A model generated the notes under the pieces. That model had not been told where the DNA came from. It made no database searches and worked only from the letters and a program-made list of their open reading frames with translations. The translations under genes were made by a program, and so were the position numbers. This document shows positions 19,305 to 29,287 of a stretch of DNA of 64,000 nt, in pieces. Position 1 is the first letter of the stretch, and each line of letters starts with the position of its first letter. This DNA comes from a virus (lineage: Duplodnaviria > Caudoviricetes), in the IMG/VR virus record IMGVR_UViG_3300033073_001027, positions 38,114 through 102,113 of that record. One strand, written 5' to 3'.

Positions 19305-20402
19305 TCAATGCAAATACTTAAAATCGCACATCATACGAGTCGGATATCCGTCAGTTCCTTGTGTATCACGAATGTTAAGTTTAAATTCGTAAGTGGAACT
19401 CTTGACGACTATATCGATACGCTTCCCTGCTCCGCCTTTACCACCATAGAATATTTCTTGCGAAATAGGAGTCGCTGCAGTTCGCATATATTGTTCATCA
19501 ACTGCATAGGATTTTATTTTTCCTGGCATTTTGTGAATAACGTGATAGTTATGACCGATGCCTGTTTCCAACAACGTCTTAAGACCCTGTTTATCTGGAA
19601 CAACTGTCTCTTTAGTTCCCTGCTTCAAATCTCCGTTGAATATATCACAAAACTTCTTGGGATCTATCTTAAACAATTCTAGAAGCGCAAGTCCATCTTT
19701 GTTGGTTATATTTCCAGATTGTATTTCACTCTTAGTGAGAATAGTTTTAATACCAACATTAAAGAAGGTAACAGTACTTTCAAATTTCAAACTTAGATAT
19801 AGTTTCTTCTGAATACCTTGCTTGTTTTTCCAATGAACTGTTACGTCTGTGACAAGTTCTCCAACATCAGTTCCGCTTCCCTTTGGATTCGAAACCTTAA
19901 TACCATTGGTAAATGTTAGAGGTCTTCTGTTATTCGCGGCACCTTCCGCCGCTACTTTGAAGTCTGACTGGTTTCCTTCGCCAATACCATACTTCTTGTC
20001 TAGACCTTCAATTGTATCCAACACAGTTCTATCAATATTGTCGAGATTACCTTCTCGCCATTTGTTTAATGCATCGACGAATTCATATTCAAACGCATTA
20101 CCTCTATTCTGAACACCTCTGTTACCAGAAGAACCATCTCCGAATTTCATCTTAAATGGTTGTTGGACTTTGGCAAGAGAAAGTATCTGAGATTCTGTGA
20201 GAGAACCTTTTATCGCACGAACAACATTGATTGGAGAATTCTCTCCTTTTGTCGTATCAATGTTGATTGGAGTTTCTATTGATGGATATTTTGTGCGCAG
20301 CAATGCAAAAACACGAGAGCAGTTCTCTCTGTATTTGTCAGACTTACTTTTCAGTTTGTCTTGGATCTCTTTTTCAGATTTTGGGAAAAAATCGTACGCC
20401 AT
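19305..20402 (-). CDS. Putative PD-(D/E)XK-like nuclease
   Basis: GNAFE...TDVT...YLSLK motif spacing. Confidence 0.5.
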   Translation of the reverse strand: MAYDFFPKSEKEIQDKLKSKSDKYRENCSRVFALLRTKYPSIETPINIDTTKGENSPINVVRAIKGSLTESQILSLAKVQQPFKMKFGDGSSGNRGVQNRGNAFEYEFVDALNKWREGNLDNIDRTVLDTIEGLDKKYGIGEGNQSDFKVAAEGAANNRRPLTFTNGIKVSNPKGSGTDVGELVTDVTVHWKNKQGIQKKLYLSLKFESTVTFFNVGIKTILTKSEIQSGNITNKDGLALLELFKIDPKKFCDIFNGDLKQGTKETVVPDKQGLKTLLETGIGHNYHVIHKMPGKIKSYAVDEQYMRTAATPISQEIFYGGKGGAGKRIDIVVKSSTYEFKLNIRDTQGTDGYPTRMMCDFKYLH

Positions 20403-20428
20403 AATAGTCCTCTTTAAGACTATTTATA
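20403..20428 (-). promoter_or_regulatory. T4 late promoter overlapping an RBS-masking hairpin
   Basis: TATAAATA; AATAGTC/GACTATT stem enclosing GAGG. Confidence 0.65.
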
Positions 20429-20431
20429 GTA

Positions 20432-21550
20432 TCAGCGAATAATATCAATCTTTTCGATCGTTTCGGGCGACCAAATTTCTAAATTTTGACGCAAACGTCC
20501 GTCCGAACGCAAAGTTTCGTATCTTGAGGACGCTTTTTTCTTCCACCAGCGAATAATATTCTCAGAATAGTGCTTGTCAAAGTTTTCAGGACTCTTAATT
20601 AGCGTTTTATCGGTTCCGAGGATGTAATTTTTAGAATTTTCGTATCCGTAAGTCGAAATATAGAATCTTTTTTGCGTTGTAACGTCTTTGTTCGCCTGAA
20701 TTGCGTTCGAAAACTCCTTCAAGAGTTCGGATTCGTAATATTTTAGCGAATTTTTGATAACTGCCATCATTTTGTTTTGCATTTTCAACTTGTAGGAGGC
20801 AATTCCCTCTCTACCAAACAAAGGTTGACCATTATTCTTACTTGCAAACCAATTCATCGTCTCTTCCCAGAAATCATCCGAGAATGCAAGCACAAAATTG
20901 CTTACTGTATCACCAGTGTAGCGAATAAACGGTTTTAGTCCGTCGTATTGCGACGCTTGTTTGATATTTCCGTAAAGAGATGTTGTTTCAAAAAGACAAG
21001 TTTCCATGTCATATTTCTTATTGAACATTTCACGGAACTCATGAGAAGCGCAAAGAAGTGCACAAAGTTTACCACCAAGGTAGTTGAACCCAAACGGTTG
21101 CGCAGGGACGATAATGAACCCCATAACTGCATGCTTGTTGAAAGATCGTAAATCTGGAACGCGACCAAACCAATCATTACGAGGTTTAGAATTAATGAGA
21201 GGACTGGCGACTCGACAAAATCCAACATATTTTCCTGTGTTCTTTTCTCTTACAATGAATTTAATCTCCTTCCCGAACGAATTCTCATTACAGAAAGACG
21301 AGGTGATCTCGACCATCGTTGAAAATTCGCTCGGGGAGGGTTCGAAGATCTCAAACTCCATATCTTCAGGATGCATATCGAAATCCGAGAACAACATGTG
21401 TTCTGGTTCACAACCTGGAAGAGTTGCAGGAAGAGACTTCAAACGTTCTAACTTCTTCATGCGCATGTGGTCATCGATTCGACCATAGTTTGACATATAG
21501 TCAATGAATCGACGACCAATATATTCTGCGTCTTGTTTTTCTAATAGCAT
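20432..21550 (-). CDS. DUF4338/DruA-like protein
   Basis: PAQPFGFNYLGGKLCALLCAS, ETTSLYG, SQYDG. Confidence 0.7.
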   Translation of the reverse strand: MLLEKQDAEYIGRRFIDYMSNYGRIDDHMRMKKLERLKSLPATLPGCEPEHMLFSDFDMHPEDMEFEIFEPSPSEFSTMVEITSSFCNENSFGKEIKFIVREKNTGKYVGFCRVASPLINSKPRNDWFGRVPDLRSFNKHAVMGFIIVPAQPFGFNYLGGKLCALLCASHEFREMFNKKYDMETCLFETTSLYGNIKQASQYDGLKPFIRYTGDTVSNFVLAFSDDFWEETMNWFASKNNGQPLFGREGIASYKLKMQNKMMAVIKNSLKYYESELLKEFSNAIQANKDVTTQKRFYISTYGYENSKNYILGTDKTLIKSPENFDKHYSENIIRWWKKKASSRYETLRSDGRLRQNLEIWSPETIEKIDIIR

Positions 21551-21556
21551 TAAATG

Positions 21557-21585
21557 ACTATACTACGAGGAAACAAGAAAGTCAA
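21557..21585 (-). promoter_or_regulatory. Early promoter (leaderless transcript)
   Basis: TTGACT-N17-TATAGT, 6 nt from ATG. Confidence 0.7.
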
Positions 21586-21586
21586 G

Positions 21587-22396
21587 TTAAAAAAGATCTT
21601 CAAGTGAAGATTCAACCTTCTTATACTTCTTGTTTCGATCATGCAGTTTCAGTTCTGCATGCCCAGTCGACTCACGAATATACATCGTACACAGTTCTGG
21701 GAAAGTATCAGCAATAATCTTGACGCTGTCATAGACATACTGCTTGGTTCGGAAGTCTTGTAGTCCACCTTCTTCCTTATAGTATCGCGACTTAACAGTA
21801 TAATCGTCTAGACGAACTAGAACACCATTCTTAATATACTGGCGAATAGAATATTCGTAGTCTTCACCGTGATTGGTAATACGAGCAAGGAAGTCATCAT
21901 GCTCAACAATAACACCAAACATAGAAGCAATGATATAACAGATGTCGTTATAAACACGGTGCTTCATAAAATATGCATTAGCAGCAGCATAGATACCAAA
22001 AGTCTTAGCACCTACCTTGTCACATTCCTCGAAACCACGAAGAATAACTTCCTTCTCCAGATCCTCGACTCGACCCAACTTCTGTTCGCTAATCTTTACC
22101 TGAACTTCTTCAATGTCATCATCGAACATCATGAGACGAGTTCCCTCAGGATACCACTTCTCGATAAAATTGCGCTGAGCACCAATGGTCGGAACTCCAC
22201 GAATAATCTCAATATCCTTTGCGTAAGGATTATCCTTCAACGCATTGGCATAGCGATCATATTCACCTTCTTCCTGATCATTAACAAAGATCTTAATCTT
22301 GGCAGGATCAATGTTATACGACTCAAGAACCTTCAACGTCTTATTCTGAACAGTCTTTTCACGATGATAAGACGGGATGGCAATACAATAATCCAT
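21587..22396 (-). CDS. TET-associated (GREB1-like, GT-A) glycosyltransferase
   Basis: IAIPSYHR, MMFDDD, GEDYE; coupled to TET/JBP gene. Confidence 0.75.
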   Translation of the reverse strand: MDYCIAIPSYHREKTVQNKTLKVLESYNIDPAKIKIFVNDQEEGEYDRYANALKDNPYAKDIEIIRGVPTIGAQRNFIEKWYPEGTRLMMFDDDIEEVQVKISEQKLGRVEDLEKEVILRGFEECDKVGAKTFGIYAAANAYFMKHRVYNDICYIIASMFGVIVEHDDFLARITNHGEDYEYSIRQYIKNGVLVRLDDYTVKSRYYKEEGGLQDFRTKQYVYDSVKIIADTFPELCTMYIRESTGHAELKLHDRNKKYKKVESSLEDLF

Positions 22397-23772
22397 TAAA
22401 ACAAATCCTCCAATGACGATGTTACTTCATATGCTTTAGGGTGATACTTCTCAACTGTTTCTCGACCCATCTTTTCTTCTAGGTAGTCATACCATTCTTG
22501 TTCATCCCACATTCCAGGCGATACGCCATTCCAAAGTGGGCGATAATACTTATGCTCGTGGTTGCTTCTGCGATCTACAACATACTGCTCCCGAGTTGTT
22601 TCGTATTCATACGATCCAAGTTCCAACATGTTCTCGCGGAAATAGCAAACGAGCGAGATACGTTCTGCTTCTGGATTATTTAGAACGATCTCAGTGTTAC
22701 CGTGCATAATTTCATGATTGTTAACAAGCAGCAGATCTCCTGGGCGAACGTTTACTGCGATACGATATTCAGGAAATACTAGATAACCACCAGTATAATC
22801 CCCGCTACCGACAACAAGCAGATTGCTGAGACCATCGTCAAGATCGCCAGCATCTCTGTGGGCAGCAGTACGGAACGACTTGTTGACTGTGATAGTTGTA
22901 AATACGGTTCCTGGGACAACAAACTTCTCATCGATTCTGTCGACTGCTGCTTTCTGATTCCCCCAACGCCATGGGAGTAGTTCCTTGAAACCTCTGTCAA
23001 GAGACTGTAGAAAAGGAAAGGAAAGGCGAAACTTATCAAAATTATCGCGAGTGTAACTAGTAGCACGCCCAAAAGGAATTCTCGGATAACGATCGTACCA
23101 CCCAGCAACACCTGAGAAAACCGACTTCGCATAGTTTGTGGTTGAGATCCACTTGGTGGCAACGATTTTTGCTGCATCTACAATTTCTTCCTTAGACTTT
23201 CCATCAAGACTATCGACCCACTTGTCGAACCATCCGAAATATTCTGGATATACCTTACATACCTGACTACGCAACCAGACTGCGCCACGAGTTTCATCTG
23301 CATTCGAACGAGGCGCACCTGCATACTTAGCACGAATGCTTTCGATTGATACGTCTTCGATCAATCTTCCGCTAGTATCCATCAGGAAATCGAGCATCTC
23401 GAGTTCGTAATCAGTTACCCAGTCACGGCCGCCACGACCCTCTACGCCAAGAATCTCACCGCGAGGACCAGCAGCAAGTCCACGATTCTGCGATTCGGTT
23501 GCTGCTTCTCGCAGTCCGAGATATGCCTGATCCTGTTCTTCCTGAGTAAACCAGTTCTTACGAAACTTGAATGCGATTCGTCGCTCATCAGTGCCAATAT
23601 CGCAATCACTACAATCTTTATCGCATGAAACTTTTGTGTCAAGACCACAGTCTGCTTCCATATAGCAGTCGGTATCTTCATTGATCACAACATCAAAGTG
23701 ACTCTCATCTAGATATTGACCTAGTAGGTGTTCGCAGTCGAGTTTAGACTCTGCGACAATAACTTTTACCAT
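22396..23772 (-). CDS. TET/JBP-family 2OG-Fe(II) dioxygenase
   Basis: TAAHRDAGD (HxD), MHGNT (H), RISLVCYFR. Confidence 0.8.
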   Translation of the reverse strand: MVKVIVAESKLDCEHLLGQYLDESHFDVVINEDTDCYMEADCGLDTKVSCDKDCSDCDIGTDERRIAFKFRKNWFTQEEQDQAYLGLREAATESQNRGLAAGPRGEILGVEGRGGRDWVTDYELEMLDFLMDTSGRLIEDVSIESIRAKYAGAPRSNADETRGAVWLRSQVCKVYPEYFGWFDKWVDSLDGKSKEEIVDAAKIVATKWISTTNYAKSVFSGVAGWYDRYPRIPFGRATSYTRDNFDKFRLSFPFLQSLDRGFKELLPWRWGNQKAAVDRIDEKFVVPGTVFTTITVNKSFRTAAHRDAGDLDDGLSNLLVVGSGDYTGGYLVFPEYRIAVNVRPGDLLLVNNHEIMHGNTEIVLNNPEAERISLVCYFRENMLELGSYEYETTREQYVVDRRSNHEHKYYRPLWNGVSPGMWDEQEWYDYLEEKMGRETVEKYHPKAYEVTSSLEDLF

Positions 23773-23819
23773 AAAATACTCCTTAATTAACTCCTACTAG
23801 TATATAGACAGGATCAATC

Positions 23820-24371
23820 TTACGCAAAAAATCTACCCCAAGTGGTGTTCTTCTTGACAATACCATCTTTATCGGCAGGAATGGTGAGAGTGTCGCCCGT
23901 ATGACCAGTAAGGTCAATGATTGCTTCCTGGAGCATACCACCATATGTGATCTGAACATGGACCTTACTGAGATTCTTACCCTTGAGATTACCAATACGA
24001 TAATTAAAATATCGTTCATCACTAGACGACAGTAAACTCTTGGTAGACTTAGTTTCAATACCACCAACAGTATCTGATCCAGGACTATTCTTCGGGAGAA
24101 GAGAATCACCCTCAACCAAACACGTATAGATTTCTGCAATCTGCCCTGGACGAAAAACACCTAGTCGGCAGAAGATCTCCAGTAGTTTCTGATATGGAAG
24201 AAGATTACGACGATCTAAAACAATCTCACGAGTGAACGGATCTTCGATTAGAATGTCTTGAGACATGATACTGTCAAGCAACTGATTGACTGAATACAAA
24301 TCTCCGACGACATCTGTGTGCTTTTGATTGCTGAGTTCTGCAATAGAACGAGATAATGTATTATTTTCCAT
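23820..24371 (-). CDS. Hypothetical protein
   Basis: AAGGTG RBS; own promoter. Confidence 0.65.
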   Translation of the reverse strand: MENNTLSRSIAELSNQKHTDVVGDLYSVNQLLDSIMSQDILIEDPFTREIVLDRRNLLPYQKLLEIFCRLGVFRPGQIAEIYTCLVEGDSLLPKNSPGSDTVGGIETKSTKSLLSSSDERYFNYRIGNLKGKNLSKVHVQITYGGMLQEAIIDLTGHTGDTLTIPADKDGIVKKNTTWGRFFA

Positions 24372-24399
24372 AGTTTCACCTTTCACATTATAAAGAATC

Positions 24400-24428
24400 A
24401 TTATACTAAATTGTAGGAGATTTGTCAA
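24400..24428 (-). promoter_or_regulatory. Early promoter
   Basis: TTGACA-N17-TATAAT. Confidence 0.8.
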
Positions 24429-24889
24429 GTGTTTTTGTTGTTCATATCATACCAACGCTGGTAGAGTCCAACCTCGCGACCGTATGCTTCAATTTCCCAC
24501 GGGCAGTCCCAATATGGATCCTCGTTCTTCTTTGGATCCCAGAACTCTCCCATCCACTTCGAACCAATCCCGATACCCTTACGAGTCAGACGGAACTGCT
24601 TGCTCAACTCATTACGAATATACTGCTTGACATGCACCATCTCGTGCGCCAGCGTCTTAATCATATCCTCGTCGCTCTTCTTACCCCGAAGGGTAATCGT
24701 AAACCATCGAGGATTCTTCGTCTCCTCCTCCGACACGCATTCACCCTGCACATCAGACCGAAGGTTGCGCTCCACATCCAGCGTAAACTTAATGCGACTC
24801 AACCCCAACGCATGCGCAAATAGCGACACTGCATTGGTAATATCCTCAGTCTGCTTCCGAGAGAATCCAGTTACCGTCAGGTCAATCAT
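24425..24889 (-). CDS. Zincin-like metallopeptidase
   Basis: LAHEMVH (HEXXH) plus PWEIEA third ligand. Confidence 0.75.
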   Translation of the reverse strand: MIDLTVTGFSRKQTEDITNAVSLFAHALGLSRIKFTLDVERNLRSDVQGECVSEEETKNPRWFTITLRGKKSDEDMIKTLAHEMVHVKQYIRNELSKQFRLTRKGIGIGSKWMGEFWDPKKNEDPYWDCPWEIEAYGREVGLYQRWYDMNNKNT

Positions 24890-24895
24890 GTTAAC

Positions 24896-24924
24896 ACTAT
24901 ACCATAAATTTGAAGAAATGTCAA
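24896..24924 (-). promoter_or_regulatory. Early promoter (leaderless transcript)
   Basis: TTGACA-N17-TATAGT, 6 nt from ATG. Confidence 0.75.
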
Positions 24925-24928
24925 GCCA

Positions 24929-25591
24929 TTAAATATCAAGCAACGCTGGTGTGGCAGCACTCTGCCGCTTGTGCTCCAGCGTAATATTCGGAGAAATCGA
25001 GTTAAGTACCGCATTCGCGGGATACAAACCATTATAGAATTCGATAACACCATCCTCTAGTGCTCGAAGCATAGTCTGCGGAGCATCGATCGGAATGAAT
25101 ATCGCAGAAGCATAATCCATGGTTCTCCCATGCTTCTTAATCCACTTATTAGCAGCAGCAATATCATCATCGCCAAGATCAGTCATAACACGTCGAACGA
25201 ACTTACCAATACGCTCTCGTGGGTCACGAATAGTTGATCCAACATACACTGATATTTCACCACTGATTGGATGTTCATAGTAAATCACATACAACCCTCG
25301 TGTCCCCTTAATACTGGGGATATTATAGTCAAGGAAATCAATTCCCTTATACTCACCAGTCGAACTATAACGTGGTGTAATTCTGGTCTTTTCCGTCATA
25401 GTCAATACCATACTGACATACTCTGAAAGAAAATCCACATACTGCGGTAAAATCAATGTACCATCAAGTCCATATAATGTGCCATTAAGTGCACGTGCGC
25501 AACTCTCAACAACTGGACTCATCGTTGATTGCTTAACAAACATATCTGATGCCAATCTAACTGCCACTGCATGTGCTAATTCATGTTTCAT
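24929..25591 (-). CDS. GIY-YIG-like domain protein
   Basis: GLYVI...VYVGST...RERI...LE; GGAGG RBS. Confidence 0.5.
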   Translation of the reverse strand: MKHELAHAVAVRLASDMFVKQSTMSPVVESCARALNGTLYGLDGTLILPQYVDFLSEYVSMVLTMTEKTRITPRYSSTGEYKGIDFLDYNIPSIKGTRGLYVIYYEHPISGEISVYVGSTIRDPRERIGKFVRRVMTDLGDDDIAAANKWIKKHGRTMDYASAIFIPIDAPQTMLRALEDGVIEFYNGLYPANAVLNSISPNITLEHKRQSAATPALLDI

Positions 25592-25789
25592 ATTATGCCT
25601 CCTTATTGTTTCATGCTTCAACTGTAGTAGCGTATCCGTTTTTCACTTCACGCTTTCTTGATGCCTGTGCTCTCTTCACTTCTTTATCGGAGAGTCCCAA
25701 CCCCCTCGCCCATTCATAATTGTCCAGGAGGACAACAATGCCATCAGGGGTGATATACTCATAGTAGAAGTAGTGCGCTTTCCTTGCCA

Positions 25790-25999
25790 TCAGTTAAACT
25801 TCCCTTCCATAAAGTCTTCCACCCACTGAAAGAACGTGTCGTAATCGTATAGCACAGTCTCCAATAGTTCCGCTTCAATCTGTGCAGCAGTATCCAGTGA
25901 AGGATTACGCTTCATCACCTGATACCCTAATGCTGCCGTAGTAGCATTGAGTCCAAAGTATGCCACCACGGGATGAGTCATTAGTACTTCAATATCCAT
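25790..25999 (-). CDS. Hypothetical protein
   Basis: AAGGTG RBS. Confidence 0.6.
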   Translation of the reverse strand: MDIEVLMTHPVVAYFGLNATTAALGYQVMKRNPSLDTAAQIEAELLETVLYDYDTFFQWVEDFMEGKFN

Positions 26000-26021
26000 T
26001 ATATCGCACCTTTACAGAGTT

Positions 26022-26094
26022 GTTTTTTGGCCGCAGAAATTTTTGTGTCGGGGTTTTGGGAATCGTTTTCGGCTGCAGGATTTTTTTGATCGGG
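26022..26094. repeat. Imperfect ~30-bp direct repeat in a non-coding gap
   Basis: gttttttggccgcagaaatttttgtgtcggg vs gttttcggctgcaggatttttttgatcggg. Confidence 0.4.
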
Positions 26095-26179
26095 AGTCGC
26101 ACGATGTTAAAGCAAGTCGACGCTAAACCCCCATGACGGGTCGGGTACCTCGTCCGAAAAACCATAGCTCACTTTCACA

Positions 26180-26413
26180 CTACCTCAACTCGCGAGGCAC
26201 TCGTAGCAGACGACCCACGTCCTTATCCAGGAAGTCACCACTCGCAGACCACACACGGAAGGCGACGCATTCGGTCAACTTCACAGCGCATTGTGCCTCG
26301 TTCGAGCATCCATCGCACGGTACATCACGCACGTTCTCGGGAATCGGGAGCAGAATCTTCGAATGAGTGCACGGATCATTCATGAATTCATTGTCAAAAC
26401 CAATCATATCCAT
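26180..26413 (-). CDS. Small Cys-rich protein
   Basis: PCDGC..C..EC; TAATG coupling. Confidence 0.65.
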   Translation of the reverse strand: MDMIGFDNEFMNDPCTHSKILLPIPENVRDVPCDGCSNEAQCAVKLTECVAFRVWSASGDFLDKDVGRLLRVPRELR

Positions 26414-26610
26414 TATACAAACTCCTTCATACGGAAAGCAACACGGTCTTCGATATCCTTACGAACCTCAGGATATCGATCCATGAGAGTAAGTAGGCAA
26501 CCTTCGAAGTAACCAGCAGCATATGCCTTCTTGGCATTGTCAGGAACACCAGCAGTGTCTACGAGATAGTCCAGCAGGTGGGCATTGGTGGTATCAGCAA
26601 GATTCATCAT
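26413..26610 (-). CDS. Hypothetical protein
   Basis: GGAG RBS; YAAGYFE motif. Confidence 0.6.
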   Translation of the reverse strand: MMNLADTTNAHLLDYLVDTAGVPDNAKKAYAAGYFEGCLLTLMDRYPEVRKDIEDRVAFRMKEFV

Positions 26611-26611
26611 A

Positions 26612-26851
26612 TTACATGCTCCAGTAGGTTTCAGAGGAAGGATCGCAGCAGAGAGGAGTACCAACAGGGATCTCCACCTGAGTGTTAGTGCCCAGCACAG
26701 TGACAGTCTTCAGAGTGGTCTGGTTCAGAAAGAATGCCTGAGCATTTGCCTGATACTTGCGCTTGAAACGCTGCACCTGATTGCCAGTCCAGGTGTCAAC
26801 CACGTTGAAACCGTATTCACCGACATTCTTTTCAACCACGAACTGAGTCAT
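26612..26851 (-). CDS. Hypothetical protein
   Basis: C-terminal TPLCCDPSSETYWSM motif recalled from phage early proteins. Confidence 0.7.
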   Translation of the reverse strand: MTQFVVEKNVGEYGFNVVDTWTGNQVQRFKRKYQANAQAFFLNQTTLKTVTVLGTNTQVEIPVGTPLCCDPSSETYWSM

Positions 26852-26890
26852 ATCAAACTTCCTTTTTGTTTCACTTCAAACTATAATTCC

Positions 26891-26950
26891 ACTCTACCTC
26901 CAAAATGGGAAAAAGTCAAGCCCCCAAATCGGGACTTGACTCTTTTTTTT
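26891..26950 (-). promoter_or_regulatory. Early promoter overlapped by a terminator-like hairpin
   Basis: TTGACT-N17-TAGAGT; inverted repeat agtcaagccc/gggacttgact flanked by A and T runs. Confidence 0.7.
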
Positions 26951-27130
26951 CTTATGACCAAACTTCTATGAGTCGGTCCCAATTGATGTTATATTCTAGG
27001 TTAAGTGATTGAAATTCCTTGAGTTGCGCTACCTTATCGTCGGCTTGCTGAAAAATCTTATAAAGGTCTTGAAGGGTATAAACGTAAGCCATAGTGTTTT
27101 TAATTCCTTTTCATCATCAACGACATAGTC

Positions 27131-27159
27131 ATTGTACCGCGAATCAAGGTATTTGTCAA
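27131..27159 (-). promoter_or_regulatory. Early promoter
   Basis: TTGACA-N17-TACAAT. Confidence 0.7.
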
Positions 27160-27677
27160 GCCCTTTTTAGCACCGTGCGATATTTTTTTCGTGGCGTGTG
27201 GTGACAGTGTGGATGCCAGACAGGACTAAGACCAACCTCCACACGCTTCCAAACGCTCCTACACACACAGTTCGAGTCAAGAACAGAACATAGCATTTGA
27301 CCCACTACATCTAGTGGGTCATGGCATGCTTGGACACTATTTTATGGATTTACATATATACTGCACTTCTATATGTTCATTCACTTCTACTCTATACTCA
27401 TACTTATCCCCTTCATTCTTACACTGTTCGAGTGATTCTTGGGGTATTTCATCCATCCAGAGTAACTGTAGTTTCTTTTCCACTGGATTCATATAGTATA
27501 CAGAGATGATCAACAGTATCTTATGCATTATATGATACTCTTATACCTACATACCATAGATCTACACGAAAGAACCATTTACTTTCATGCTTACCTAGAC
27601 CTATACGTAGCATTCGATTATCTTTATTCAGTGGTATAAATTTTATCATTTTTTAGTGTTTCTTACGCAGGATCGGT

Positions 27678-28016
27678 CTACCATTCTGTTCCAGCAGTAA
27701 CATCAGTGCGTTCATATACCTGGAACCAGTCGACTCCATATGCAGGGCAGACGTAGAGTTTCTCTGGTAGATTGTTGTCATCCTTGGATCCACTCTCACC
27801 ACAGATGAAATAGTGAAATCCCTTGTCTGGAGTTAGATTGTGTCGGAAGATTACACCAGCAACCTCTACCAGTTTGTTGAGACGAGAGATTTCCTCTGCG
27901 AGAATGATACGATCGTAGTCAGAGGGTTCTACCTGGACAACCTGCGGCAGTGTTTCTCTGTCATACTCCACACGTTGTAGTGCATCTTGGAGAGTTCGTC
28001 CGAGATAATCAGTCAT
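27678..28016 (-). CDS. Hypothetical protein
   Basis: FICGE..LP..VCPAYG phage motif. Confidence 0.7.
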   Translation of the reverse strand: MTDYLGRTLQDALQRVEYDRETLPQVVQVEPSDYDRIILAEEISRLNKLVEVAGVIFRHNLTPDKGFHYFICGESGSKDDNNLPEKLYVCPAYGVDWFQVYERTDVTAGTEW

Positions 28017-28542
28017 TTGTATAATATTCTTTCAGTTCTTGCCATGTCTCGGTGGTGTCAGTGCGTAGTGACATTGTCCAGCGAGGAGTATTAGTGTGTA
28101 TTGCGTGGAATCGAGAGGTGTTCACCAGAGTCAGATGCGTAGCGGGCAGTGTTATTGACTCGACAGGGAACACTGGATCGGTTGGATACTGCGTAGTATG
28201 CACTGATGGAGGATCGGTGTCATACCATGTCATTCTGTTATCTGCATCAGTCAGACTGTAGTTAAATGCATGGGTATATCCACGCAATGGTGGTGTGTAG
28301 TCCTGATGAATTGATGAGTCAGACTCACGATAGAACACCATTGCATACTTCAGTGGACTGTGTATCTGGTTGTTTACCTGTTCAATCCAGTCTGCATCGA
28401 ATACATCTACCAGTCGAATCTGATACAGTCGATAGTCGAAGTATGTTACTTGTGGTTCGATGGACTGACAATACTCTATGGGATCGATGCGATGTGCATG
28501 CTCTGTTGTAATGGGTAACTGTATGTAGTTACTCTCATTCAT
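28009..28542 (-). CDS. Putative 2OG-Fe(II)/cupin-fold protein
   Basis: IHQD...FHAI...RWTMSLR. Confidence 0.5.
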   Translation of the reverse strand: MNESNYIQLPITTEHAHRIDPIEYCQSIEPQVTYFDYRLYQIRLVDVFDADWIEQVNNQIHSPLKYAMVFYRESDSSIHQDYTPPLRGYTHAFNYSLTDADNRMTWYDTDPPSVHTTQYPTDPVFPVESITLPATHLTLVNTSRFHAIHTNTPRWTMSLRTDTTETWQELKEYYTND

Positions 28543-28708
28543 GTATTCAGTTTCTCGAGTTCTGCGATTGCACGTTGCAGTGCCTGTAACTCAGCGCCCA
28601 TGTCCATTACACCATGTGCATCACGGTTCTGTAGGAATACCTCTGCCATGTCCCAGCACTTCTCTTCGCGCCAACGCAGATTGTCCAATGCTTCTTTTTC
28701 TCTAGTTC

Positions 28709-28957
28709 TCATACTTCAGCATCCATATCAATCTTCACGCGATCAACCGATTCCCAGTTGCTAGTGTTGACGAGTCCACCATACTGATCGAAATAGTGCA
28801 TTCGATACTGTAGTTCTACCTTCGCGATACGATCGTTCTTGGTATACTCTACCACACGCACCTCCATTTTCTCAGGCATCGGAATGTTCTGTGGAGGTGG
28901 AGTAGGTGGTTGGTAGTAATGTAGTCGCAGCGGATCGCGCATGAATACATTAGACAC
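28709..28957 (-). CDS. Hypothetical protein
   Basis: ORF coupled to neighbours. Confidence 0.6.
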   Translation of the reverse strand: MSNVFMRDPLRLHYYQPPTPPPQNIPMPEKMEVRVVEYTKNDRIAKVELQYRMHYFDQYGGLVNTSNWESVDRVKIDMDAEV

Positions 28958-29141
28958 GATACTTCCTCACTGCCCACAAAATACCATCACCAACATTGAA
29001 CACCACAAAGAAAATCACCATCCATGTGATAGCACCATCACGAATAAACTCACCCCACACAATGAGGTGAACCAGTGCTACAATAATAGCAGCAATGGAT
29101 GCGTGGAAAAAGTTATTCAGTAGTGTTCTAATCATTATCAA
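28950..29141 (-). CDS. Small two-TM membrane protein
   Basis: Two hydrophobic segments. Confidence 0.55.
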   Translation of the reverse strand: MIMIRTLLNNFFHASIAAIIVALVHLIVWGEFIRDGAITWMVIFFVVFNVGDGILWAVRKYRV

Positions 29142-29287
29142 TCACCAAAACTTAGAGATAAAGTGAAATGCAACGTAGAACACAGTTGCCCAAAACGACA
29201 TTACTAGGATAAGAGGTAGGCAACCCATTGCGAGAATGACAGCACCAGTCTTTTTATTACGAGCAACAAAACGCATCACAAAACTCC

